From an uncultured Hyphomicrobiaceae bacterium (GTDB taxonomy: Bacteria; Pseudomonadota; Alphaproteobacteria; Rhizobiales; Methyloligellaceae), in assembly GCA_964402825.1 (NCBI GenBank), contig CAYOEI010000294.1, forward strand, positions 1 through 49,780: 49,780 nt of DNA, in the 5' to 3' direction. This document shows, piece by piece, positions 28,019-36,908 of this stretch. Position 1 is the stretch's first letter. Each line of letters opens with the position of its first letter. The notes below the pieces were generated by a model, which was not told the DNA's origin, searched no databases, and saw only the letters and a program-made list of their open reading frames with translations. A program made the position numbers and the translations under genes.

Positions 28019-30238
28019 TCATGGCCGCAGACTTGCGCGCTGCCCTTGCGTCTCCGCCCCAGGTCCCTCCAGCGATGATGAGCGGGATGGAACAGTTCTG
28101 TTGTCAGCAGGCTGGTTCTCGTCAGAAAACGGTTTCCTGGAGGCGTTCTCCAACAGTCTCTTGATAGTTTCCAGTGATTCCAGGGTTCTTTCCGGCATTC
28201 TGTACAAGGCTGCTGTCGGCCCGCGCCCGAGCCGAGTTTCTATGCGTTGCAGAGCTGCAATGCGCTGCTGCTCGACCGCCTGGGCAGGATGGACGGGAAG
28301 CCCGGGAATTTGCGGAATATTATATGTCGCATGTGCAAACATCATAAAATCTTTCCAGGCCATGGCCGGCAGGTTGCCACCAGTGACCCGGCCTGTTGGC
28401 GAATAATCGTCATTTCCGAACCATGTGCCCGTTACATACTGGCCGGTAAAACCCATGAACCAGCCGTCGCGCCAGGCTGAACTTGTGCCGGTTTTGCCAA
28501 CTGCATAAGTGAAAGGAAGCTGGGCGCGTCTCCCAGTACCGCTGGCCACGACGAGGGCCAGCATGGAATTCAGCTGTTCTATTTTACTCCGTTCGAATAT
28601 TCGTTTCAGTTTTGGCGCATTTCTCTCGCGGGTGTAGAGGAGTTTACCGAAGGAATTTCTGATTTCTTCGATGGCGTATGGTTTTACCGACATGCCGCCA
28701 CTGGCGAATACCGCGAAACCCCCGGTATGAGCGAGCAGGGTCAGACTGGTGTCTCCAAGAGCCATTGAGCATGTCTTTTTCACTTTCGTATGGCCAATCT
28801 TGTGCACATTGGCGAGCACTTTTTCACGCCCGACACTTAGCGACAATCTGACGGCGACCGTGTTAAGCGAGCGCATCAGTGCATGCTTCATCGGCAGCCG
28901 GCCTCGATACCCCCCCGAGTAGTTTCTGGGAGACCACCGCCCGCATGAAATCGGTCCATCAAGAACAATCGTGTCCGGGGTGTAGCCGTTTTCAAGCGCT
29001 GTAAGATAGACATAGGGTTTGAAAGAGGAACCCGGCTGGCGTTGGGCGTGTGTCGCCCGGTTGAATTGACTCTCGCCATAGTCACGCCCGCCAACCAGTG
29101 CGCGAACCGCGCCGTCGGTCTCCATCGCAACAAGCGCCCCCTGTTTAACCCGGCGAGCGCGCCCGTGTTTTCTCAAGACATTCTGGATGGCGTCTTCCCC
29201 CGCCTTTTGGAGGCCGATATCGACAGTTGTGCGTGCTGTAAGAACGAATTCGCCGCTCTCGCGCATAAGCTCCTGTACCTGCTCAAAAGCATAATCGAGG
29301 TACCAGTCAGGGCTATAAAAATCACTTCGATCCTGGATGTCGGCGGGATTGAGCCGTGCGCCGTGGACCTGTCCTTCGGTCAAATATCCAGCCTCGACCA
29401 TATTGGTCAGGATCACATTTGCTCGCTCGCGAGAAGCCGGCAGGTCGAGATGCGGGGCATATCTGGTGGGCGCCTTGAATAAACCTGCAAGCATGGCCGC
29501 CTCGGCCAGGGTGACATTGCGAACGGACTTGCCGAAATAGAATTTGGTAGCCGCCTCTACGCCGAATGTACCGCCGCCCAAATAGGCGCGGTCCAGGTAC
29601 AGCTTCAGGATTTCGCGCTTGGACAACCTGGCTTCCAGCCAGAGCGCAAGAAAGGCTTCGTTGATTTTGCGCTTCAAGGATCGCTCCGGTGTCAAGAACA
29701 GGTTTTTGGCGAGCTGCTGGGTAATCGAGCTGCCGCCCTGGACCACGTCCTTGGCGCGGATATTTTCAATCACGGCGCGGAATGTGCCAAGAAAATCAAT
29801 CCCGAAATGTGCGAAAAACCGCCGGTCTTCGGTTGCCAGCGTCGCCTTGATCATATGATCGGGTATCTCGTCCAGCGGCACTGCATCGGAATGCAGTATG
29901 CCACGCTTGCCAATCTCGTTTCCATACCGGTCAAGGAAAGTGACACTGAATTGTCCTGACGTTTTCCAGGCTGTGCGTGTTTCCTCGAATGCTGGGATTG
30001 CAAACGCCAGCATGACGAGCAGCCCGCCCGTACCCATGGTGAGAGATTCTGAAGCAGCTTCATTAAGGAGTTTGCGGGTACCGGTAATCTGGAAGCGCGC
30101 AAAAAAGCTCGAATAGGCACTCCACCAGTCGTGAAAACCAGCCCATGTGCCAAACAGGCTCGAATCAATTGTCGAGTCCAAAGCGAGCCAATTGAATCGC
30201 TTCTTTTTGCCAGTAGGTTTGAAAATCCAGTCGCGCAC
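28019..30238 (-). CDS. class A penicillin-binding protein (glycosyltransferase GT51 + transpeptidase)
   Basis: GT51 motifs EDRRFFAHFGID and GGSSITQQLAKN. Transpeptidase motifs SSFKP, SLN and KTGTS. Confidence 0.9.
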   Translation of the reverse strand: MRDWIFKPTGKKKRFNWLALDSTIDSSLFGTWAGFHDWWSAYSSFFARFQITGTRKLLNEAASESLTMGTGGLLVMLAFAIPAFEETRTAWKTSGQFSVTFLDRYGNEIGKRGILHSDAVPLDEIPDHMIKATLATEDRRFFAHFGIDFLGTFRAVIENIRAKDVVQGGSSITQQLAKNLFLTPERSLKRKINEAFLALWLEARLSKREILKLYLDRAYLGGGTFGVEAATKFYFGKSVRNVTLAEAAMLAGLFKAPTRYAPHLDLPASRERANVILTNMVEAGYLTEGQVHGARLNPADIQDRSDFYSPDWYLDYAFEQVQELMRESGEFVLTARTTVDIGLQKAGEDAIQNVLRKHGRARRVKQGALVAMETDGAVRALVGGRDYGESQFNRATHAQRQPGSSFKPYVYLTALENGYTPDTIVLDGPISCGRWSPRNYSGGYRGRLPMKHALMRSLNTVAVRLSLSVGREKVLANVHKIGHTKVKKTCSMALGDTSLTLLAHTGGFAVFASGGMSVKPYAIEEIRNSFGKLLYTRERNAPKLKRIFERSKIEQLNSMLALVVASGTGRRAQLPFTYAVGKTGTSSAWRDGWFMGFTGQYVTGTWFGNDDYSPTGRVTGGNLPAMAWKDFMMFAHATYNIPQIPGLPVHPAQAVEQQRIAALQRIETRLGRGPTAALYRMPERTLESLETIKRLLENASRKPFSDENQPADNRTVPSRSSSLEGPGAETQGQRASLRP

Positions 30239-30335
30239 GGGCGATCCATAAACTTTTAGTTTAGCGGGATGGCGAATCCATCCAGCATTTGCCGTTTTGA
30301 TCAGGTAGTTTTATATCTGATTTTCAGGTAAATCC

Positions 30336-30845
30336 ATGACGATAACAAGCAGGGACTCACTGGTGCGCAATGCTACAGATAAATTTTGGCGCAACAAGTC
30401 GCTGAATGAGCTCAATAATGAGGAATGGGAAGCTCTGTGCGATGGGTGCGGACAATGCTGCTTAATCAAACTCCAGGATGAGGACACTGAAGAACTTTTG
30501 CACACCCGCCTGGCCTGCAAACTTCTTGATATCGGCGCATGCAGTTGCACTGACTATGACAATCGCCATGAACGCGTGCATGATTGTGTCGTGATTTCTC
30601 ATGAAACTGTTGGCTCCCTGGATTGGCTACCGCACAGCTGTGCATACCGTCTTGTCGATGAAGGCAAGGACCTCCATTGGTGGCATCCACTGGTATCGGG
30701 TGATCCGAACAGCGTTCACGAGGCGGGAATATCAGTCCGGTCCTGGGCTGTGAGCGAGGAGGGAGTTCCGGTTGGGAAAATTGAGCGCTTCGTGGTCAAG
30801 GACCCATCCATAAAGAGCATTCTGACAGGGGAGAATGAGGACTAA
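30336..30845 (+). CDS. ycgN: YcgN family cysteine-cluster protein (UPF0260)
   Basis: [30 protein letters not shown]......C..LD...C.C..Y pattern. Confidence 0.8.
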   Translation: MTITSRDSLVRNATDKFWRNKSLNELNNEEWEALCDGCGQCCLIKLQDEDTEELLHTRLACKLLDIGACSCTDYDNRHERVHDCVVISHETVGSLDWLPHSCAYRLVDEGKDLHWWHPLVSGDPNSVHEAGISVRSWAVSEEGVPVGKIERFVVKDPSIKSILTGENED

Positions 30846-30949
30846 CTCCCTATATTACTGCTAATCGGCATTAGAAAAAATATATAAGTACATGATATAA
30901 CAGTTGAAAATTAAAATGTAATTATTTTTCCAATTCTAGGAATATATTC

Positions 30950-30978
30950 TTGACAGCGTAACGCTCCTTAGGTATGTT
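30950..30978 (+). promoter_or_regulatory. sigma70-like promoter candidate upstream of the GTA g1-like gene
   Basis: TTGACA (30950-30955), a 17-nt spacer, then TATGTT (30973-30978), about 100 nt upstream of the GTG at 31082 and just after an AT-rich stretch. Confidence 0.4.
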
Positions 30979-31081
30979 CTCGCTACATTCCGACAGTTGC
31001 GCAAACGGGGGCGCGGCGGTCAAAAGAATTACCAGCCCGTAGATATCCCTAAACAATTGAAAAGCAAGGACAGGCCCGCGC

Positions 31082-31444
31082 GTGAGCGAAGAGGACGAGG
31101 TCGCATCTGGCTTTGTTGGCGTTGAGGGATCAACGCGTTCCGTTGACATCATAACGCGGCTATACGCGGCCCTGGACCAGAAGATGCGAGAAATCGAAAC
31201 CAGGATCGAGCGGGCTTCACAAGTTGGGTCGCAAGAGAGTAGCGCTGCTGATTGCGAGCGTGATGCACGGACCCTGACAACTCTTGCCAAACTCTACGAG
31301 AAAATTTGTGAGATGGAGGAGGCGAGCGACACTTTTTCGAGCGATGAACGGATAAGCCAAAAGGCATTGGAGAGCGATGCGGACCTCTTCCGCCACGACA
31401 TTGCGAAACGTCTTACGAGAATGCTCGAAGCAGAAGAGAACTGA
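31082..31444 (+). CDS. hypothetical acidic protein in the position of GTA gene 1 (small-terminase-like)
   Basis: 120-aa ORF (GTG start) immediately upstream of, and overlapping, the terminase-like ORF. The call rests on position, not on recognised sequence similarity. Confidence 0.45.
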   Translation: MSEEDEVASGFVGVEGSTRSVDIITRLYAALDQKMREIETRIERASQVGSQESSAADCERDARTLTTLAKLYEKICEMEEASDTFSSDERISQKALESDADLFRHDIAKRLTRMLEAEEN

Positions 31445-32033
31445 GACATATCTGGAAGGATTTGAACCTGAGGCCATTGAGCGGATCCTGAATGACTGGG
31501 ATTTGTGGGCGCGCGAGGATCAGCTCCCGCCTCTAAGTCCTTGGACAACTTGGTTGATCCTGGGCGGGCGGGGCGCTGGCAAAACCCGTGCCGGTGCGCA
31601 ATGGGTAAGAGCCACCGCTCTGGAGAATGAAGCGGCACGCATCGCCTTGATTGGCGAAACCCTGAACGATGTTCGCTCAGTCATGGTCGAGGGCGTCTCG
31701 GGCCTGCTTGGCGTGCATCTCAGTCATGAGCGACCCGTATTTGAGCCGTCGAAGAAGCAGATCACCTGGGCCAATGGGGCGATTGCGCAGATTTTCTCTG
31801 CTGAAGACCCCGAGAGCCTTCGCGGACCGCAGTTCAGCCACGCCTGGTGCGATGTCGTCTATGAAATGCGGAATGAAAAACTCATCGGCATCACGGAGTT
31901 TGTGTTTGAATCCTATGAGGAGTGTCAGCTCTCTTCCGCTGAGGCCAGAAAGAAGTTGGGACTCCAATTGAAACCCGCCTGTTATCTCAGATGGATGAAG
32001 GGGGAGAGAATGAGTAAAGGCAGTGTAATGTAA
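31377..32033 (+). pseudogene. GTA/phage large terminase, 5' fragment only (truncated at Walker B)
   Basis: NDWDLWAREDQLPP..W..WLILGGRGAGKTRAGAQWVR...RIALIGETLNDVRSVMVEGVSGLL...ITWANGAIAQIFSAEDPESLRGPQFSHAWCD matches the first ~1/3 of RcGTA-type TerL. Recognisable similarity stops at 31853, followed by 60 unrelated codons and a stop. The true start is unclear. Confidence 0.7.
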
Positions 32034-32105
32034 TCGAAATCATTCATCCGCGGTTCATTTCTGATTTCGTATGTTACATGCTGAGATTTACTCGCGAGGC
32101 ATGAC

Positions 32106-32411
32106 ATGCGTTTTCAATCCATATTGTGCCGGGCCCTGATGGTCCTGGGAATTGTGCTGTTTTTTGACAGCATGCACTATCCTGTACATGCGCAGAATGG
32201 ATGTGTGACATTTGGTCAGGCCCGCAAGCTCGGATTTTTTGCGAGGTTTAATCTCCGCCCGGCGGCGCAGGTCAAAAATAGGGTCGAAGCCCGAATTGGC
32301 GGGAAGGTGGTTTCATTTCTGGTCTGCCGTACAGGGTCGGGACCTGTCTATCAACTGACTGTGGTTACGCCTAACGGAAGTGTTCAGAATATCAGAGTGC
32401 CAGCCCAGTAA
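32106..32411 (+). CDS. small secreted protein in the feuN position (modulator of FeuPQ-type signalling)
   Basis: 101 aa with a signal peptide (..VLFFDSMHYPVHA-Q). It lies directly upstream of the OmpR-type RR/HK pair, as feuN does in Sinorhizobium. Confidence 0.5.
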   Translation: MRFQSILCRALMVLGIVLFFDSMHYPVHAQNGCVTFGQARKLGFFARFNLRPAAQVKNRVEARIGGKVVSFLVCRTGSGPVYQLTVVTPNGSVQNIRVPAQ

Positions 32412-32447
32412 TAATTGGGCTAATGCAAGCGCAAGAGGAGGGGTTTC

Positions 32448-33119
32448 GTGCGTCTTTTGGTTGTCGAAGACGATCCAGATCTGAACAGGCAATTGGTTTC
32501 GGCATTGTCTGAGGCCGGCTATGCCGTTGACACCGCGTTCGACGGTGTGGAAGGGCATTTTCTCGGTGACACCGAGCCATATGACGCAGTGATCCTTGAC
32601 CTGGGCCTGCCTCAAACAGACGGTATCAGTGTTCTGGAACACTGGCGCCGGGATGACCGCAAAATGCCCGTGCTTATTCTGACGGCACGCGACCGCTGGA
32701 GTGACAAGGTGGCGGGCATCGACGCTGGCGCCGACGATTACGTTGCCAAGCCGTTTCATATGGAAGAGGTTCTTGCGCGTGTGAGAGCGTTGCTTCGCCG
32801 CTCAACCGGACATGCCAAAAACGAAATTGAAATTGGGCAGCTGCGTCTTGATACAAAAACTTCGCGGGTAACCGTCGATGGGTCTCCCATCAAGCTCACA
32901 TCTCATGAGTACCGGTTGCTGGCCTATCTCATGCATCATTGCGGCCGGGTCGTATCACGAACAGAACTTGTAGAGCATCTTTACGATCAGGATTTCGACC
33001 GGGATTCGAATACCATTGAAGTGTTCATTGGACGTTTGCGCAAGAAGATACCAGAAGGCCTGATCGAGACCATCAGAGGGCTTGGATATTGTATCGGAAG
33101 CCCGGCGGATGAAACTTAA
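32448..33119 (+). CDS. feuP: OmpR-family response regulator (FeuP-like)
   Basis: GTG start after AGAGGAGGGG. MRLLVVEDDPDLNRQL...DAVILDLGLP...VLILTARDRWSDKV.G.DAGADDYVAKPF, followed by a winged-helix C-terminus. Confidence 0.7.
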   Translation: MRLLVVEDDPDLNRQLVSALSEAGYAVDTAFDGVEGHFLGDTEPYDAVILDLGLPQTDGISVLEHWRRDDRKMPVLILTARDRWSDKVAGIDAGADDYVAKPFHMEEVLARVRALLRRSTGHAKNEIEIGQLRLDTKTSRVTVDGSPIKLTSHEYRLLAYLMHHCGRVVSRTELVEHLYDQDFDRDSNTIEVFIGRLRKKIPEGLIETIRGLGYCIGSPADET

Positions 33120-34494
33120 CTCACTCTCCGCCCGATTGTTCGCAGCAGCAGCCGTTTGGGCGCTGGTTGTTTTACCTATAACGGCGTTCGTTCTGATTTC
33201 TGTGTACCGTGGTGCTGTTGAGCGAAATTTTGATGCCCGCTTAAACGTCTATCTCACCGATCTTGTCGCTGACCTGGCGGCTGCGCGCACCGATCCGGCC
33301 GCAAAACCTCCCTCCCTTACTGATCCCCTCTTTACCCGCCCATTCTCCAGCTGGTACTGGCAAATCACACCGCTTGGCGATGGCAAGGAATCTTTCCTTG
33401 CATCAGATTCCTTATTGGACCAACGCCTGCCAATTCCTAGTCAATCAGGCGTAGTGGCAGATCAGAACCAGATACGCCGTGCGTATATTACTGGTCCTGA
33501 ACAGAAGCGCCTCCGTATTCTTGAGCGTGAGATCACAATCGATCAGGCAGGGAATGCAGTTTCACGATTTTCGTTTGCCGTGTCCGGAGCGGCTGCCGAA
33601 ATCGACCAGACAATTGGTGAGTTTAGAACGCTGCTTGTGGTAGCGTTGACGATCCTGGGTGTTGGTCTTGTCCTGGTGACATATTTTCAGGTGCGCTACG
33701 GGTTGCGGCCGCTGCGCGCGATAGGCACTGGACTGGCGGCAATACGCTCTGGTGATGCAGAGCAGCTCGAGGGTGAATTGCCGACAGAGATTGTGCCGCT
33801 CCAGAGCGAACTCAATGCCCTCATTCAATCCAACCGTGCGATTGTTGATCGGGCACGCACGCATGTTGGAAATCTCGCTCACGCACTCAAGACTCCCTTA
33901 AGTGTCATTACCAACGAGGCTGCTGGCAATGACACATCCTTTGCCCGGAAAGTCAGTGATCAGGCGCAGTTGATGCGTGATCAGGTCGCACACCATTTGA
34001 ACCGCGCCAGCATGGCAGCGCGATCAGGTGTCATTGGCAGCCAGACCGAGGTAGAGCCCGTTGTTTCGGCATTGGTTCGAGTATTGCAGCGGATTTATCA
34101 GGAGCAGAATCTTATGGTCGATATTATCTGCCCGCATGGCACAATGTTTCGCGGTGAAAAGCATGACCTTGAGGAGATGATCGGAAATCTACTCGACAAC
34201 GCCTGCAAATGGGCAAATCACAGCATTGAGATTAAGGTAAAACCTCAAAAGAGGACCGGAAATGCCGCTTCTGAAAACATAGTGATCACAGTCAATGACG
34301 ATGGTCCCGGATTGCCGGAAAAACAGCGGGAATCAGCAACTCAGAGAGGCCGCAAACTGGATGAAACCAAGCCCGGATCGGGCCTAGGTTTATCCATCGT
34401 CGCTGATCTGGTTTGTCTCTACAAAGGCACTTTAACACTTGAGGAATCAGCGAGTGGAGGGTTGCGGGTCCAACTGCAACTTCCAGGCTCGTAA
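33109..34494 (+). CDS. feuQ: sensor histidine kinase (FeuQ-like)
   Basis: Two TM segments with a periplasmic loop, HAMP, H-box LAHALKTPLSVI, NLLDNACKWA, VNDDGPGL, GSGLGLSIV. ATG at 33109 overlaps the RR gene end by 11 nt. Confidence 0.7.
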   Translation: MKLNSLSARLFAAAAVWALVVLPITAFVLISVYRGAVERNFDARLNVYLTDLVADLAAARTDPAAKPPSLTDPLFTRPFSSWYWQITPLGDGKESFLASDSLLDQRLPIPSQSGVVADQNQIRRAYITGPEQKRLRILEREITIDQAGNAVSRFSFAVSGAAAEIDQTIGEFRTLLVVALTILGVGLVLVTYFQVRYGLRPLRAIGTGLAAIRSGDAEQLEGELPTEIVPLQSELNALIQSNRAIVDRARTHVGNLAHALKTPLSVITNEAAGNDTSFARKVSDQAQLMRDQVAHHLNRASMAARSGVIGSQTEVEPVVSALVRVLQRIYQEQNLMVDIICPHGTMFRGEKHDLEEMIGNLLDNACKWANHSIEIKVKPQKRTGNAASENIVITVNDDGPGLPEKQRESATQRGRKLDETKPGSGLGLSIVADLVCLYKGTLTLEESASGGLRVQLQLPGS

Positions 34495-34644
34495 ATGCCG
34501 GTATACAAAATGGCCGAAATTTCGCCCGAATCTTCGTATTTTAAGTAATACAGATGGAACTATCATTTGGTTGCGAGGCCGTATGAAACTGCAGTATTAG
34601 GCTGATGGCGACCACCACTGTTAATTTATGCGAGGATAATCACA

Positions 34645-35109
34645 ATGCACGCGAAGGTCTTGTTGGCCACAATTCTCATTCCCGTAACTCTTGCGGCTTG
34701 TGCCCCCGGTCGCCGCGCCGACTCAGGCACTCTTGTTGGTGCAGTGGCGGGCGGGCTGCTTGGCAGTCAGGTCGGTAGTGGCAAGGGTAAGATTGCGGGC
34801 GCTGTTGTTGGCGCATTTCTTGGCGGCGTGGTTGGGAATGAAATCGGCCGGCGCATGGATGAAGCTGATCGCCGTGCGGCGATGGAGGCCGAATATCGCG
34901 CCCTCGAAACCGGCCGTTCAGGTACTGCCACGCAGTGGCGTAATCCAAATTCCGGTCATTACGGATCAGTTGTTCCGGGCCAGCCTTACAAGTCCGCCGG
35001 AGTGGATTGCCGACCCTACACGCACACTATCTATATGGATGGCCGGCCGGAGACTTTGACGGGACGGGCATGCCGCAAGCCCGATGGAACATGGGGCAAG
35101 GTCAGCTAA
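34645..35109 (+). CDS. 17-kDa surface antigen-type lipoprotein (glycine zipper + C-terminal domain)
   Basis: Lipobox LAAC, glycine zipper GAVAGGLLGSQVGSGKGKIAGAVVGAFLGGVVG, and a C-terminal W.NP.SG..G...P......G..CR.Y motif. Confidence 0.75.
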   Translation: MHAKVLLATILIPVTLAACAPGRRADSGTLVGAVAGGLLGSQVGSGKGKIAGAVVGAFLGGVVGNEIGRRMDEADRRAAMEAEYRALETGRSGTATQWRNPNSGHYGSVVPGQPYKSAGVDCRPYTHTIYMDGRPETLTGRACRKPDGTWGKVS

Positions 35110-35241
35110 ATCTTGCAAAACCCGTTACCTGATTGCCTGCATATCACTTGATCTACCAGTCTGTTGTCTTGCCCGTACAAGCTCAACGTGCTTATCCCGT
35201 GAGAGAATTGTTGTGATCTGATAGGCGCATAGGCTCTGGAC

Positions 35242-36402
35242 ATGATTCTGTGGACTGTATTTGCTGGTTTGACCACCGCGGCATTGATAGTCGTGTTGTG
35301 GCCATTCTTGCGATTGGGCCGCCAGAATGTTGGCCCGGCAGCCTATGACAGTGACGTATTCAAGGATCAGCTGCGGGAACTCGATTCTGAAGAAGAACGT
35401 GGTGTCATCAGCAGTGATGAGGCTGAATCTGCGCGTACGGAGGTGTCACGCCGGCTCCTCGCCGCGACCAGGGTAGAGGCAGAAAATTCCGGAAAAATGT
35501 CTGCCCGGAAGCGTAATATTCCGGCGCTTGCGCTGGTCTGCGCTTTCATCTGCGTGCCGGTTGCCAGTGTAGGGCTTTATTTGATCTACGGCTCTCCGGG
35601 GCTGCCCGACAGACCGCTGATGGCCCGGTTGGATCCAAATGTCCAGAGCCAGAAAATCGATATGCTGGTCGCTAAGGTCGAGGCGCGTCTGCGGCAGGAC
35701 CCAGAAGATGGGCGTGGCTGGGAAGTGCTTGCTCCAGTCTACATGCGGCAGCAACGCTTTAGAGATGCAGCCGACGCATTCGGCAAAGCGATCAGGATAT
35801 TGGGAGAAACGTCAGAGCGTCTTGTTGATTACGGTACCTCAGTGGTGTTCGCAAATGAGGGCGTTGTCACGGAACCCGCCAGGAAGGCATTTCAGAAGGC
35901 TGTCGAGAAAGATGCTGCGCTGTCACAGGCGCATTTCTGGCTCGCCGTTGCTCAAGAGCAGGACGGTAGCCTGGAGCGGGCAGCAGAAGCATGGCGCGCT
36001 CTTTTGAAACGGGGCAGTGCTGATGCACCCTGGCGCAGTACGGTGCAGCAACGTCTTGCCAGCCTGGAGCGGCAAATGGGCACTGGCAACTCCGGGAAAA
36101 CCGTGGAAAGCTCAAACCGGACTGCTGCCAAAGGGCCTGATCGCAGTCAGGTAGAGGCTGCTAAGGACATGAGCCAGTCTGACCGGTCTGCGATGATCAA
36201 ACAGATGGTGGCGGGTCTTGCCGAGCGGCTCAGGTCGGATGGCGGCAGCATTGAGGAGTGGAAAAGGCTGGTGCGAAGCTATGCGGTGCTGGGCGACAAA
36301 ACAGCTGCCGCAACCGCAATCTCCGATGCGCGCAAAGCAATGGCGCAGGATACCCAGGCCATTGCATCGCTGGATGAAATGGCCAGGAAACTCGGACTAT
36401 AG
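35242..36402 (+). CDS. ccmI: c-type cytochrome biogenesis protein CcmI (CycH)
   Basis: N-terminal TM pair with the DVFKDQLRELD motif, a TPR-like C-terminus, and a position upstream of ccmEFH. Confidence 0.8.
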   Translation: MILWTVFAGLTTAALIVVLWPFLRLGRQNVGPAAYDSDVFKDQLRELDSEEERGVISSDEAESARTEVSRRLLAATRVEAENSGKMSARKRNIPALALVCAFICVPVASVGLYLIYGSPGLPDRPLMARLDPNVQSQKIDMLVAKVEARLRQDPEDGRGWEVLAPVYMRQQRFRDAADAFGKAIRILGETSERLVDYGTSVVFANEGVVTEPARKAFQKAVEKDAALSQAHFWLAVAQEQDGSLERAAEAWRALLKRGSADAPWRSTVQQRLASLERQMGTGNSGKTVESSNRTAAKGPDRSQVEAAKDMSQSDRSAMIKQMVAGLAERLRSDGGSIEEWKRLVRSYAVLGDKTAAATAISDARKAMAQDTQAIASLDEMARKLGL

Positions 36403-36418
36403 GATTTGGTAAGTGAGC

Positions 36419-36874
36419 ATGACCCGCAAACAACGCAGATCCATTCTTATAGGAATGTGTCTGGCCGTCCTTGGCCTTGCAGTCGGCCTCATCATGTTCG
36501 CATTGGAAGATTCCATTGTGTTTTTTTACAGTCCCAGTGATGTTGCAGAGAAAAATATCAGGCCCGGACAGCGCATCAGGCTGGGCGGGCTTGTGGCTGA
36601 GGGAAGCGTCAAGCGGGGTGAGAACACTACGGTAAGTTTTTCCATCACCGACACGGCTAAAACTATTCCGGTTACCTTTACGGGCGTCCTGCCGGATTTG
36701 TTTCGCGAAGGGCAGGGGGTTGTGACCGAGGGTAAACTCCGTGGTGATGGTGTTTTTGTGGCGGATAATGTCCTTGCAAAACATGATGAGAATTACATGC
36801 CGCCGGAAGTCGCGGAGGCATTGCGCAAGCAAGGGGTCTGGCGCGGCGAGGATGACGTAAAAAAAGCGAACTGA
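36419..36874 (+). CDS. ccmE: cytochrome c maturation heme chaperone CcmE (CycJ)
   Basis: MTRKQRR.., RLGGLV..GSV and [12 protein letters not shown] (heme-binding His). Confidence 0.9.
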   Translation: MTRKQRRSILIGMCLAVLGLAVGLIMFALEDSIVFFYSPSDVAEKNIRPGQRIRLGGLVAEGSVKRGENTTVSFSITDTAKTIPVTFTGVLPDLFREGQGVVTEGKLRGDGVFVADNVLAKHDENYMPPEVAEALRKQGVWRGEDDVKKAN

Positions 36875-36908
36875 TACGATCCGGAATTCTTCGGGAGGAG
36901 AAAAAAAC

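Noticed and set aside
32313-32759. 148-aa reverse ORF opposite the feuN-like and feuP genes
   Set aside because: It is antisense to a clear response-regulator receiver domain and has no motifs of its own.
36230-36832. 200-aa reverse ORF across the ccmI end and ccmE
   Set aside because: It lies entirely antisense to two motif-confirmed ccm genes, so it is a shadow frame.
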